In this document: positions 20,811 through 31,579 of the stretch, one piece after another | Position numbering within the stretch: position 1 is the first letter of the stretch | How the letters are laid out: the number at the start of each line of letters is the position of its first letter | Virus record (IMG/VR): IMGVR_UViG_3300009149_000012 | Coordinates: 84,882 to 148,881 of that record | DNA from: a virus | DNA: 64,000 nt | Strand: one strand, 5' to 3' | Notes under the pieces: model-generated | What the model saw: only the letters and a program-made list of their open reading frames with translations | What the model was told of the DNA's origin: nothing | Databases searched by the model: none | Translations under genes and position numbers: made by a program

Positions 20811-22658
20811 TTACTTGCCGAGTATCTCCAACAAATGATCCTCAGAGATGCATTCAGTGCCGTTCTTCCGGGCAGCCTTGGCTTTCGCCGTCGTGGAGTT
20901 GGGGTCTGCCAGAACCAAGTAGGTGACCCCCTTCGAAACGCTTTTCTTCACCAGTGCTCCCGCTGCTTCCGCCATGGCTGCTAGCTCTGCTCTCTTATAG
21001 CGCGTTTTCCCCGTAATACACAAGGATTTCCCGCTCAAGACCCCTTTTGCCTGGGTCTTGATCTTGACCCCGGTGTCCAGGATGGCTTGAATGATCAAGG
21101 TATTGGTCCTGAACCACAAGGACAGGGTCATCGCCTTCGTGGGGCCAATTGTCGGGATGGCTTCGAATTCCGAAATCGTCCGGGTTTGGATCTTCTCGAC
21201 CGTGTCGTAACCCGCTTGGATGATCGGCTGGAAGGTCGACGCACCACAGAGCGGAATAGAGAGCCCACCAAGGAACTTGTCCAGGGGGATAGGGTTGACC
21301 TTCCAAAGCTCCATGTGCGCAATCTCGGCCGAGCGAGGCCCCATACCCGGGAGGTTGTTGATGTCGGACAGATCGAGCTTGTACAGATCCGGAACCGACT
21401 TGACGAGCCCCTTCGTGACGAGAAGCTCGATCAAAGACTCGCCCCACTCCATGATTCCCTGGACCGAAATCCATCGCAGAAGCCGGCCTTGAACCTGAGC
21501 CGGGCACCCATACGTGTTGGGGCAGATGAGATATTCACCGTCGATGTCCAAGGGATGGTCACACTCAGGACAGCGGGTGGGGGGCTTGATCACCTCAGCA
21601 ACGTGCTGGACGACTTCCTCAACCCGGGGAATCACGTCGTTGGCCCGAACCACGAGGATGGTAGCCCCCTCATGATAGCCGATCTCGTTGACGTAGGCGT
21701 AGTTGTAGAGGCTCGCGTACGTCACCGTGGCACCTAGAAGGTCGACCGGCTCGAAGACCGCCACGGGGGTAATGCGGCCGGTACCGCCCACCTGGTTCTC
21801 GATTCCCTTGGCGATGGTCACCTTGCCCGGCGAGGCGAACTTGAACGCCCGAGCCCCCTTAGGCCGTCCGTCATGCTCACCCATCTCAAGCCGGGTTTCC
21901 ATATCGTTGACAACCACGACCATTCCGTCGATATCGTAATCGAGAGCATCCCGGTCGTGATTCTGCACAAGGTGCTTGGGCTCGGTCGTGACGGTCCACC
22001 AGGGCGTCTCGAAGCCGTGTTCGTCAAGCCAACGAAACTGTTCGTGCTCCTCCTCGCAATCGACGGTGGGCACCTGGTAGCAGATGACGGTCAGGTGTTC
22101 ACAACGGGTACCGTCGAAGCGCTTGGCCGTCCCAGCCGCCGCATTCCGGGTGTTTTTCTTGTCTTGGAAGTGCTTGGCGAAGTCACTCTTGCGAAGGATG
22201 ATCTCGCCCCTGACTTCGGCGTCGACGTCGAGCGAAACCGGGAGACCCTTCATCTTCAGGACGTTGGGGGTGATGTCCTCACCCACCTCCCCGTCTCCAC
22301 GGGTGACCGCTTGCACGAGGGTGCCGCCTTCATACTTCAGGCTGATACTGATTCCGTCAAGCTTTTCGCTCACGCAGTAGGAGTCGACCCCTGTGGTTTT
22401 GGCCCACGTGTCGAACTCCTCATCGGTCTTAACCTTTTCGAGCGACCCCATGGGGATCGTATGGTTAACCTTGGGCCATGCGCTCGAAGGGGTGTGACCA
22501 ACGGTTTTGAGAACCGGGTTGTCAGGGTCCCGCTCTTTGATCTCGTCCTTGACCGCATCGTAGGCGTCGTCGGACAGGTCGGGCTCATCGCCGTCGTGGT
22601 ATTGCTTGTCGGCCTTACCAACTTCGTCCATCAACTCGAAGATCGATCGTTGAGTCAT
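20811..22658 (-). CDS. ligA: NAD-dependent DNA ligase
   Basis: KLDG, TRGDG, EVRGE, DG.V, Zn finger, HhH, BRCT. Confidence 0.97.
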   Translation of the reverse strand: MTQRSIFELMDEVGKADKQYHDGDEPDLSDDAYDAVKDEIKERDPDNPVLKTVGHTPSSAWPKVNHTIPMGSLEKVKTDEEFDTWAKTTGVDSYCVSEKLDGISISLKYEGGTLVQAVTRGDGEVGEDITPNVLKMKGLPVSLDVDAEVRGEIILRKSDFAKHFQDKKNTRNAAAGTAKRFDGTRCEHLTVICYQVPTVDCEEEHEQFRWLDEHGFETPWWTVTTEPKHLVQNHDRDALDYDIDGMVVVVNDMETRLEMGEHDGRPKGARAFKFASPGKVTIAKGIENQVGGTGRITPVAVFEPVDLLGATVTYASLYNYAYVNEIGYHEGATILVVRANDVIPRVEEVVQHVAEVIKPPTRCPECDHPLDIDGEYLICPNTYGCPAQVQGRLLRWISVQGIMEWGESLIELLVTKGLVKSVPDLYKLDLSDINNLPGMGPRSAEIAHMELWKVNPIPLDKFLGGLSIPLCGASTFQPIIQAGYDTVEKIQTRTISEFEAIPTIGPTKAMTLSLWFRTNTLIIQAILDTGVKIKTQAKGVLSGKSLCITGKTRYKRAELAAMAEAAGALVKKSVSKGVTYLVLADPNSTTAKAKAARKNGTECISEDHLLEILGK

Positions 22659-22684
22659 ACCCTTGGTTTACACCAGGGAAGCGA

Positions 22685-23290
22685 TCATTTCTTCGGAATC
22701 AGAGCGTCCTCAACCGAAAGTTCGCCCTCTGCCACGAGCTTGGCAACACGCTCGACGGTTTCAAGAGAGGCGATGATGAGGCGAACCTCTTGCCCTTTGT
22801 ACTGCTTGAGCGTTTCCTGCACGTCGAACACCTTCACTTCGCCGCCCGGCACCTCGTACCGGATCACGAAGCGGTCCGACATCGGATCCTGTTCAACGAT
22901 TCCTTCAACCAGGTTCCCAAAGTCTTTCGGATCGATCATGGCTCTCCGGGGGCGGGGTTGGGTCGTGAAATCTGTCCACGAGCCTTCATGCTTGCAAGCC
23001 AGACATAGCACGAAGCTCAAATGGGGGGAATCCTGCTTGGGCCTCGTTCCGGCAGGAATGTCGTACCGACCAGAGAATACCACCCGGATGCTCCCGCACT
23101 TGGGGCAGCCATAGGGACGTGCCGCATCACAGGCGGCTTCTTCCTCAGCATCCCTTTGCTCTTCATAGCATTCGTAGCAGGCACCATCTTGCATTTCCTT
23201 CCCGGTCACGACCGGGCAATCGTCATAGCCGTACTTGCAGCCGTGGATGAGGCAACAGTGACTGGCACAGGAAGGATGCTTCTTGCTCAT
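22685..23290 (-). CDS. Cys-rich hypothetical protein (possibly two fused genes)
   Basis: HCCLIHGCKYG and CxxC pairs; internal GGAG-ATG at MIDPKDFG. Confidence 0.6.
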   Translation of the reverse strand: MSKKHPSCASHCCLIHGCKYGYDDCPVVTGKEMQDGACYECYEEQRDAEEEAACDAARPYGCPKCGSIRVVFSGRYDIPAGTRPKQDSPHLSFVLCLACKHEGSWTDFTTQPRPRRAMIDPKDFGNLVEGIVEQDPMSDRFVIRYEVPGGEVKVFDVQETLKQYKGQEVRLIIASLETVERVAKLVAEGELSVEDALIPKK

Positions 23291-23340
23291 CCTCTCCTCT
23301 ACACCGGGGAGAGATCCAGATTGGTAATGTTGGGGAGACT

Positions 23341-26190
23341 CTAGCGAACGGGGCAGACGCCGCTCTTGCATTCTTCAGTTTCGAAGTCACCACCGTGAGC
23401 AAGTTGGTGCGTTCCATCAATTCCGGCTGTGATGGAATTGTAGGTGGCTTCGTCGATTTCTTCGTAGGGGGGCTGTTCGTAGCCATGAGCCTTCGAAAGG
23501 ACGCTCGTTGACTTGAGACGGGGCACGAACTCTTTGAACAAACCCGCCAACTGGTCACGCTCGCTGGCCTCAAATGAGATGGTCGACGACACGGCGTTGT
23601 CAGCCCAGAACTCTTGAACCTGTTGTTGGCGCTCGAACTGGTCACGCACAGTCTCGGTCACGACCATGTGCCGAGTGTGTCGAGCCTTCGAGGGGAAGCT
23701 GAACACGAGGGTGTTGCCGGTCTTGTCGTAGACGTCACGCTCGTAGGGGACGCCGGCTTCCATCAATGCGGGAACGAGCGGGTCGTTCTTGGCGTGACGG
23801 GTCCGACGAATGTAGAAGGGGGCGTAGGGAGCGTGAATGCCAGGACTTGAGCCGTTCAGGAGGCTGATTGTGCCTGAAGGTTTGACCGTCGTGGTTGTGA
23901 TCGGGGGACGAACGCCCATGGTCTCGGCGTATTGGTCGGCTTCGTTGCGGCATGTGTTGAACCAACTCGAAAGCTGGTCTGGGGTCCACTTGAAGTCGCA
24001 GATGCCGCCCAGGCCCACACCGATCCGGTTGTTGCGCTCGCCAACGGCTTGGCTCTTGGCGTCGGTCAGGGGGGTGAGGCGTTGACGCATCGTGTAGCGG
24101 GTGAGGAGACGGAACGCTGTCGCCGGATCCGTGCTGGCCTCGAACATGGCGGGGAACGCTTCGGCGAGGTTGCAGGACTCACGATCGTGCAAGCTCTGCT
24201 CACCACACGGGTTGACTCCGGTCGCCCCTGGGTCTGTGCGCCACACGAGCGGCAGATTGAGAACGCCGGGCTCACCGTAGTCGACGACGTCGTTGGCAAG
24301 CCCTTCCCAATCGAAATTCGCAATCTGATCCCAAGACCGGAAGACGATCGAGTTGTTGCTTGTGTGCCGGTGGGTCTTGACCGCCTCATAATCTTTCTTG
24401 GCGTTGCGGAAGTCGTGATCCTCAGCATCCCCAAGAACGATAAGAGCCGAGCGACGGACATTGCCCGCCTTGATGCACAGGCCAATGTGGTTGGTGATGT
24501 CGAGGGCCTCAACGCTGCGTAGCTTGCGTCCGGCTGCTCCACGGATGATTTCCCATGCGGCACGCATAAGCTGCACCAGGGGGCCGGGACCGGCTGCGAT
24601 GCCCCCAAATGTACGGATGGGAGCCCCTCGCTCACGCACCTCTGAGACGTCGATGATCTGATCACGGTTTTCGAACGCCGCTTGCATGGTCAGGCGAATG
24701 GCCTCGACCCAACCGCTGCGTGAATCATCAACCCGGTAAATAGGCGTCTGGCCGTTGAGGAAGCTGCGGTCTTGGGGCTTAACTTCGTCGATGTTCGGAT
24801 GTGAGTTGCCACACCAAACAGCAAAACGAGCTTCGCCATTCTTCACGACTGGGAAGTCGTTAATCCCAGCGAGACCGACACCAACGCCGCCGCCGAGCAT
24901 CAACTGATTGGCAACCCAGCACCAGTCATCGATCTCGTGAAGTGTGGTGTACCAACAATTTCCTGTGACGACGCCGCCCTCCAGCGTGAACGAACCCGTT
25001 TCAGGTTCCGTAACGCAGAAGGTTTCTTCTTCCCGTCCCTCATCCACCATTTCACGAACCGTGTATTCCACTGGCTCATTTCGAAGGGTCAAGATCTCCA
25101 AGCGAGAAGAGCGGGGGCCAAAGTTGGTTTCCATGCTGGGATCCAAGGATCGACCCGTCACGCAGTAGCCCAAGAACGGAGCACGCTCGACTGCCCAATC
25201 AAGAGCAGAGGCATTCTGCGAAGCCAATCGGTTGCCGCCACGCCCGTCAGAACGAATTGAACCATCCGCCGCCAACCAGCCTGCCAAGAAGCCAGCTTGA
25301 TATGATGATGGAGTGCCGTCGCCTGGAAGTTCTTTCCAATTCCGATCCGAACGGAAGAACAAAACAGGGTCGCCGTTGCAGGAAGGGGGTGTGCAAGTGT
25401 TCGTGTGCTGAATGACGCTTTCAAGGCGAGCTTGATGTTGGCGATCTTTCTCAGCACACAAGCGAATCTTGAACACCCCGGGCTTAAGGGTCTCACGCGA
25501 GCCGTCACCGAAAACGATGCCATGAGCAAAACCCTCTTCAAAGAGTTCCTTGTCATGCTCGGACGTCAGAAATGACTCGACTGGCGTAGGCGACACCAGG
25601 ATTCGGTCGCCAACCTTGAGATCTGTCACCTCACCCCGATTGGAAGTGAACCAACGGTGATTGGCCGTGGCTGAAAACTCAAAGGCAAAGTTCGTGCGAC
25701 CTGGAGGCTTCATCCGATAGCGAAGCAACTTCTGCACGCCGAACGATTTGACTTCCGCTGGACGCCATTGGCCGTCCTTTGCCAAAACCTCAACCGTTTG
25801 ACCAACCGCTTCCTCGAACGTCGTCAGAACGCCATTTGCCCAGAACCGGGTTTCCTTGGCGAAGCAATTGTACCTTGCGTCCGCTGGGATGCCTTCGATG
25901 CCGCCGACCCAGAGGCTTCGACCAGGGGGCAAAAGCTGGCCGGTCCAAAACAGGTGGAAGAGCATTTGCGCTTCCCGGCGCTCGACGTGTCGCTGAGCCA
26001 AATTGATGTTGGACTCGACCACCCGTTGGATGGTCGATGACCACACCTCCCCCTCACGGCAATACTTCGTGAGGTAGGTCGATCGAGAGAGAAGAGACTC
26101 GAATGGGTCACCCTTTTCAAAGTAGGGAGCCAAAAAAAGTCGCTGGAAGCGAAAACGCTCCATTTCCGTAGCCTGGTGAGTAATCAGCAT
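23341..26190 (-). CDS. nrdJ: Class II (B12-dependent) ribonucleotide reductase with intein
   Basis: PPGR, GGGVG, GNVRRSA, NPCGE, TVKPSGT, C-terminal CKSGVCP. Confidence 0.93.
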   Translation of the reverse strand: MLITHQATEMERFRFQRLFLAPYFEKGDPFESLLSRSTYLTKYCREGEVWSSTIQRVVESNINLAQRHVERREAQMLFHLFWTGQLLPPGRSLWVGGIEGIPADARYNCFAKETRFWANGVLTTFEEAVGQTVEVLAKDGQWRPAEVKSFGVQKLLRYRMKPPGRTNFAFEFSATANHRWFTSNRGEVTDLKVGDRILVSPTPVESFLTSEHDKELFEEGFAHGIVFGDGSRETLKPGVFKIRLCAEKDRQHQARLESVIQHTNTCTPPSCNGDPVLFFRSDRNWKELPGDGTPSSYQAGFLAGWLAADGSIRSDGRGGNRLASQNASALDWAVERAPFLGYCVTGRSLDPSMETNFGPRSSRLEILTLRNEPVEYTVREMVDEGREEETFCVTEPETGSFTLEGGVVTGNCWYTTLHEIDDWCWVANQLMLGGGVGVGLAGINDFPVVKNGEARFAVWCGNSHPNIDEVKPQDRSFLNGQTPIYRVDDSRSGWVEAIRLTMQAAFENRDQIIDVSEVRERGAPIRTFGGIAAGPGPLVQLMRAAWEIIRGAAGRKLRSVEALDITNHIGLCIKAGNVRRSALIVLGDAEDHDFRNAKKDYEAVKTHRHTSNNSIVFRSWDQIANFDWEGLANDVVDYGEPGVLNLPLVWRTDPGATGVNPCGEQSLHDRESCNLAEAFPAMFEASTDPATAFRLLTRYTMRQRLTPLTDAKSQAVGERNNRIGVGLGGICDFKWTPDQLSSWFNTCRNEADQYAETMGVRPPITTTTVKPSGTISLLNGSSPGIHAPYAPFYIRRTRHAKNDPLVPALMEAGVPYERDVYDKTGNTLVFSFPSKARHTRHMVVTETVRDQFERQQQVQEFWADNAVSSTISFEASERDQLAGLFKEFVPRLKSTSVLSKAHGYEQPPYEEIDEATYNSITAGIDGTHQLAHGGDFETEECKSGVCPVR
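24958..25866 (-). mobile_element. Intein (about 303 aa) with LAGLIDADG homing endonuclease
   Basis: YN|CFAKET... to ...VVTGN|CWY; GIVFGDG and GWLAADG motifs. Confidence 0.9.
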
Positions 26191-27164
26191 GCCCCTAAAC
26201 CCGCTATTGACAGAACAGCCAGTTCGACAAGCGTCCGTTTTGAAACGCTCGCGCCCTTCACATCTGAATCCAATTCGCACAACCGCTGCATGTGCCCGAT
26301 GAGCGCATTCACGGTGTGTAGTTTCGCTTGGGGAAGAATGGCGTTTTTGCAACGCCATGGGTTCATGTCCAAGCGAGCGGCAATGTCCTCGTGCTTGCTT
26401 CCCTTGTCGAGCATATGACGTGCCACGAGAAGCGTCTCAGCACGTTTCATGAGAGATCCAAGCACCTGGACATGCGCGCCGGGGCCCTCTTGCTGGTAGA
26501 GATGACCAAGAACGCGTGTTGCTTTCCTGGAGTCCTTTTGAAAAGCCGCTTCAGAGACCTGGTACGGGGCTGCCGGAAAGACCCGGGTCAAAACCAGAGC
26601 GAGATGCTCTTGCATGACCTTGCCGTCAACTCCGACCAGGAACTGAAACTTACGAAGCTCGTTTGACAAGCGGTACAAGTCGTTGCCGACGACTCGATAC
26701 ATTGAATCGGCGATGCCCTTGTCGAGCTTGATCCGCAGCCGGGTAGCTTCGGCGTCGATCCACCGAACCACCTGGTTGTTGTTCTCCCAGTCCTTAAGCT
26801 GCATGCACTTGGAGGACATGCCCTTGGCAGCGGCGAGCTTCCACACAGCAGGAAGATCCTTGTGCCGAACGATGGCTACGAGGATCGTTTGGTTTCCACC
26901 ATCATGGTCCTCGATGTACGCCTTCAGACTTCCATCATCCTTGAGCTTCTGAGCATCGTCGACAATGACCGTCTTGGACGACTGCTCCTGCCAAAGAGAG
27001 ATCTGAGAACACGCTGAGATCACTTCCGAGACAACCGGTGGGACGTGGACAACGAGCCGACCCTGTTTTTTCGAGGTGTTTTTGACCTTGAGAAGCTCCC
27101 GGTCTAGGAGCAATGACTCCGTTCCGTAGGACACAAAAAAGGCGGGAAGCTTGCTTTTGCCCAT
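26184..27164 (-). CDS. holA: DNA polymerase III delta subunit
   Basis: YGTE..LL, VIVDDA, GNDLYRLSNELRK, D.DVK.. C-terminus. Confidence 0.8.
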   Translation of the reverse strand: MGKSKLPAFFVSYGTESLLLDRELLKVKNTSKKQGRLVVHVPPVVSEVISACSQISLWQEQSSKTVIVDDAQKLKDDGSLKAYIEDHDGGNQTILVAIVRHKDLPAVWKLAAAKGMSSKCMQLKDWENNNQVVRWIDAEATRLRIKLDKGIADSMYRVVGNDLYRLSNELRKFQFLVGVDGKVMQEHLALVLTRVFPAAPYQVSEAAFQKDSRKATRVLGHLYQQEGPGAHVQVLGSLMKRAETLLVARHMLDKGSKHEDIAARLDMNPWRCKNAILPQAKLHTVNALIGHMQRLCELDSDVKGASVSKRTLVELAVLSIAGLGAC

Positions 27165-27171
27165 CGTGGCC

Positions 27172-28119
27172 TCAACCAGCGAAGGCGCGAAGCAGCGCCG
27201 TTTTGATGTGGAACGGGTATTTGATGGAGGGGGACCGTCCCTTCAGGGATAGAAGGTCCCGATGCAGTGAGAGCAGAATGGCATCGCTCGTGGTTTCCCG
27301 CATCCTCGCGACATCCTCAATGATGTCGACGTTGATTAGGCGAGAAACGTCGTGAGTTACCATTAGTAAATCGTGAATCAAGTGCTCCAGAAACCGGACG
27401 CCGAGAGGAAGGTCTTTGATGCCGTTGAGTTCTTCGAGAAGAGACGACAAGTCACCATGCAAGCCCATCCTAAACAACGAGACGACCTGGTTTCGAAGCT
27501 GTATTCGTTTGGAGCCCCAGAGCCTCAATGCATGGCCGACGGAGCCCTCAGCTATACGAGCATACACAAGTGCTTTCGCAGGATCCTTCTCACGCTTCGA
27601 AACCTCGGAAAGGACATAGCTTTCCGGGAGCTTACGGCACCAAACCAATCCGCACCGTGATCGGATGGTGGGAATTATTCTTTCCAGGGATGTCGCAAGT
27701 AGGAAAAACCTGATCGTACTTGGGGGTTCTTCCAGGGTTTTGAGAAGAGCATTTGCAGCGGCGCTTGTGATTCTGTCAATTCCATCAATGACGAAAAAAC
27801 GGACAGGGGCGCTGGTCGGGAAGAACTTGGAGTTTCCGACAACCTGTCGAATGCTGTCGACCTTGATGTCCTTGCCTTCGGGGTCGCTGACGTACACGAA
27901 GTCAGGATGCAACTCCTTGCGCATCTGAAAACAGGACGCGCATTGACAATCAGGCGCCCTATCCTCGGTACAAAACATCTGCATCGCCGCCTGTGAAACA
28001 GCGAACTTGCGGCCCACCCCTTCAGGTCCGACAAGTAGCAGAGGGGTTGTCAGATGCCCTTGCACCACCCGGGTCAGAACAGCGACAGCCTCATCCTGAC
28101 CCTTTACTTCGTCCAACAT
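27172..28119 (-). CDS. holB: DNA polymerase III delta-prime subunit
   Basis: GPEGVGR, C..C..C, HPDF, AANALLKTLEEPP, PTIRSRC. Confidence 0.9.
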   Translation of the reverse strand: MLDEVKGQDEAVAVLTRVVQGHLTTPLLLVGPEGVGRKFAVSQAAMQMFCTEDRAPDCQCASCFQMRKELHPDFVYVSDPEGKDIKVDSIRQVVGNSKFFPTSAPVRFFVIDGIDRITSAAANALLKTLEEPPSTIRFFLLATSLERIIPTIRSRCGLVWCRKLPESYVLSEVSKREKDPAKALVYARIAEGSVGHALRLWGSKRIQLRNQVVSLFRMGLHGDLSSLLEELNGIKDLPLGVRFLEHLIHDLLMVTHDVSRLINVDIIEDVARMRETTSDAILLSLHRDLLSLKGRSPSIKYPFHIKTALLRAFAG

Positions 28120-28270
28120 CCGAAGCCTCCGGTAACGATGGAATACGGAGAGGGTCCACCGGAACGAGTCGCATCTCAGCCACGTAATTCTGGCCGCACT
28201 TCTCGCAAACGAACCGCTGGGGTTCCTGCCCACTCGGCGCAAGGAAACCCTTACACCGGAGACATCGCAT
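28091..28270 (-). CDS. Small zinc-ribbon protein
   Basis: CLRC...CEKC. Confidence 0.55.
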   Translation of the reverse strand: MRCLRCKGFLAPSGQEPQRFVCEKCGQNYVAEMRLVPVDPLRIPSLPEASDVGRSKGSG

Positions 28271-28278
28271 CAAACTCG

Positions 28279-28482
28279 TCAACCGAGGTTTACTCCCCCA
28301 CCGACATCGATCCCCCACGCCTGCTTGCACTTCACACACTGGTACATTCGCCCACGAGCACCTTTGGGTGTGATCTCGATCGCCACCATGTGACCGCAAC
28401 TCTTGCAGCGGATGTGAACTTCGTCGGGCTTCTTTTCGTTCGAAACGAGACCAGGCTTGGTACCGGTGGGGTCGACGGGCAT
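28279..28482 (-). CDS. Small zinc-ribbon protein
   Basis: CKSC...CVKC, GGAG RBS. Confidence 0.65.
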   Translation of the reverse strand: MPVDPTGTKPGLVSNEKKPDEVHIRCKSCGHMVAIEITPKGARGRMYQCVKCKQAWGIDVGGGVNLG

Positions 28483-28491
28483 CGTGGGCTC

Positions 28492-29001
28492 CTAGTAAAC
28501 GGAAATCGGGAAGTCTTCGGGAAACAACTCCGTGAGCTTGTCCAAGATGCGCTGATACATCGACTTGTCCCCTACGAGGCTTCCATCCCTCACCGACTTG
28601 TTGCCCAGGGCAATAAGCTCATCGGAGGGAGGACCAGTGTACACAGAAAAGATACCCGCATCAAACCCTTCCCGTGCCTTCTCAACGAGCCTCAGATAGT
28701 CGGTTCCTGAAACGGGTTTTTGCACTGAAGCCGAATCCGGACCGATCGCCGTAGCCACCATGGGAGTCGAAAAGTATCCGTCCATGATGTACGGAAGAAT
28801 CTTGCTCCAATCCTCCCACATGATGACGACGTCGCCGTCATCGTGCTTGATCCTGACGAAGAAATCATCGTGGAAGGCTCCCTTGTCGATCCATGCGCGC
28901 TTGCGCAAAGCAGCCATGAGCGCAGAAGCAACAGCGGGGAGATCTGGCTTACGGAGTCGGTGCAGCCGACCGGGGCCGACCTGACGGAGACGAACGTCCA
29001 T
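28492..29001 (-). CDS. Hypothetical protein
   Basis: GAGG RBS, packed. Confidence 0.65.
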   Translation of the reverse strand: MDVRLRQVGPGRLHRLRKPDLPAVASALMAALRKRAWIDKGAFHDDFFVRIKHDDGDVVIMWEDWSKILPYIMDGYFSTPMVATAIGPDSASVQKPVSGTDYLRLVEKAREGFDAGIFSVYTGPPSDELIALGNKSVRDGSLVGDKSMYQRILDKLTELFPEDFPISVY

Positions 29002-29024
29002 ACCTCAGTCAGGTGATAGGAAAA

Positions 29025-30608
<1,584 letters not shown>

Positions 30609-30965
30609 CTAAATCTCCCCTTTCTCCTGATAGCACTTCCGAATCTCTTCGGGGTCAATATCAGGGGGATCCTCGACTTCGTTTGCTTTGCGAACGACAT
30701 CGCTCGTTGACAACTCGCTCGTTCGAGGCGCCCAGGCATTTGTTGGTGCTGGCTTCCCACGCACCTTGAGCCAACCCCAAGCATGGAAGGAAAGCAGACG
30801 CAAGTCTGGGTCGGCTCTCTCCCACACGACAGTTTCACCATCCAAAATAGCAGCCGACGCCGTCTCGGGATAGATCTCGTAGGACCAATCTTCCGGGAGG
30901 GCGTCTCGCACAGCCTGGACCGTTTGATCGACGGTCCATAGGGTCATTTCTTGGAGTGTGGGCAC
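30609..30965 (-). CDS. Hypothetical protein
   Basis: Downstream of sigma70-like promoter. Confidence 0.6.
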   Translation of the reverse strand: MPTLQEMTLWTVDQTVQAVRDALPEDWSYEIYPETASAAILDGETVVWERADPDLRLLSFHAWGWLKVRGKPAPTNAWAPRTSELSTSDVVRKANEVEDPPDIDPEEIRKCYQEKGEI

Positions 30966-30975
30966 CGGACGGATG

Positions 30976-31005
30976 ATGATAGCCGGTGCCCCGGGGGGTG
31001 GTCAA
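30976..31005 (-). promoter_or_regulatory. Sigma70-like promoter
   Basis: TTGACC-N18-TATCAT. Confidence 0.5.
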
Positions 31006-31178
31006 CCGCTTCCGTAATAGAAGCGATTCTCGGCTCGGAACACCTCGTTCCGAATCGCCGCCTGCACCATCTTGCGATGGGCCTTGCCCTGGATGCGGGG
31101 GGGATTGGCAGACGCCACCTTGTAGGTGATGACCACGGTGGGGACGGTCACGAGGCGGCGGGTGGTGTTGGTGTTCAT
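31002..31178 (-). CDS. Small hypothetical protein (MNTNTTRR...)
   Basis: ATG 7 nt after CTTAG motif. Confidence 0.5.
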   Translation of the reverse strand: MNTNTTRRLVTVPTVVITYKVASANPPRIQGKAHRKMVQAAIRNEVFRAENRFYYGSG

Positions 31179-31185
31179 GCCCCTT

Positions 31186-31212
31186 CTAAGGCACGAGCCT
31201 GGTACCGATCAA
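31186..31212 (-). promoter_or_regulatory. TTGATY-N16-CTTAG promoter motif
   Basis: One of 7 identically spaced copies. Confidence 0.7.
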
Positions 31213-31385
31213 CTCTTTGATCGATATTCGTCACGAAGTAGCGGGAGGGAGTAGCGAAACGATTGCTCGGCCATGGCGCTTCGGGACAGACCCTTGGCCT
31301 TGGCGGCGGCTTCCAACAGTTCCAAGGCTTCCTCACTCAGCGCGATGGAAAGCTTGACCTTCTTCTTTCGCTTCGGAGCTTTCAT
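31209..31385 (-). CDS. Ribbon-helix-helix (CopG-like) protein
   Basis: VKLSIALSEEALELLEAAAKAKGLSRS. Confidence 0.7.
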   Translation of the reverse strand: MKAPKRKKKVKLSIALSEEALELLEAAAKAKGLSRSAMAEQSFRYSLPLLRDEYRSKS

Positions 31386-31470
31386 GGCGGAAAACAGAGG
31401 AGTCGAACCCCCAACCTTTCGGTCGCCCCGGTGTTCAAGACCGGTTGCCCACCACTGAGCAGTGTCTTCC
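31385..31470 (-). tRNA. tRNA-Ser(TGA), 8/4-type
   Basis: Loop CT-TGA-AC, V-arm, CCA. Confidence 0.85.
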
Positions 31471-31474
31471 GTAG

Positions 31475-31557
31475 AGGAGAATAGAGGAGTCGAACCTCCG
31501 ACCTTGCGGTCGCCCCAGTGTTCGAAACTGGTTGCCAGCCACCTAGCGGTATTCTCC
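31475..31557 (-). tRNA. tRNA-Ser(CGA), 8/4-type
   Basis: Loop TT-CGA-AC, V-arm, U73. Confidence 0.85.
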
Positions 31558-31579
31558 ATGGGCCTTGCGGCCCAACCCA

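Noticed and set aside
31385-31557. tRNA-Sec
   Set aside because: Sec-like long acceptor and D stems, but anticodons are TGA/CGA (Ser) and the fold is 8/4.
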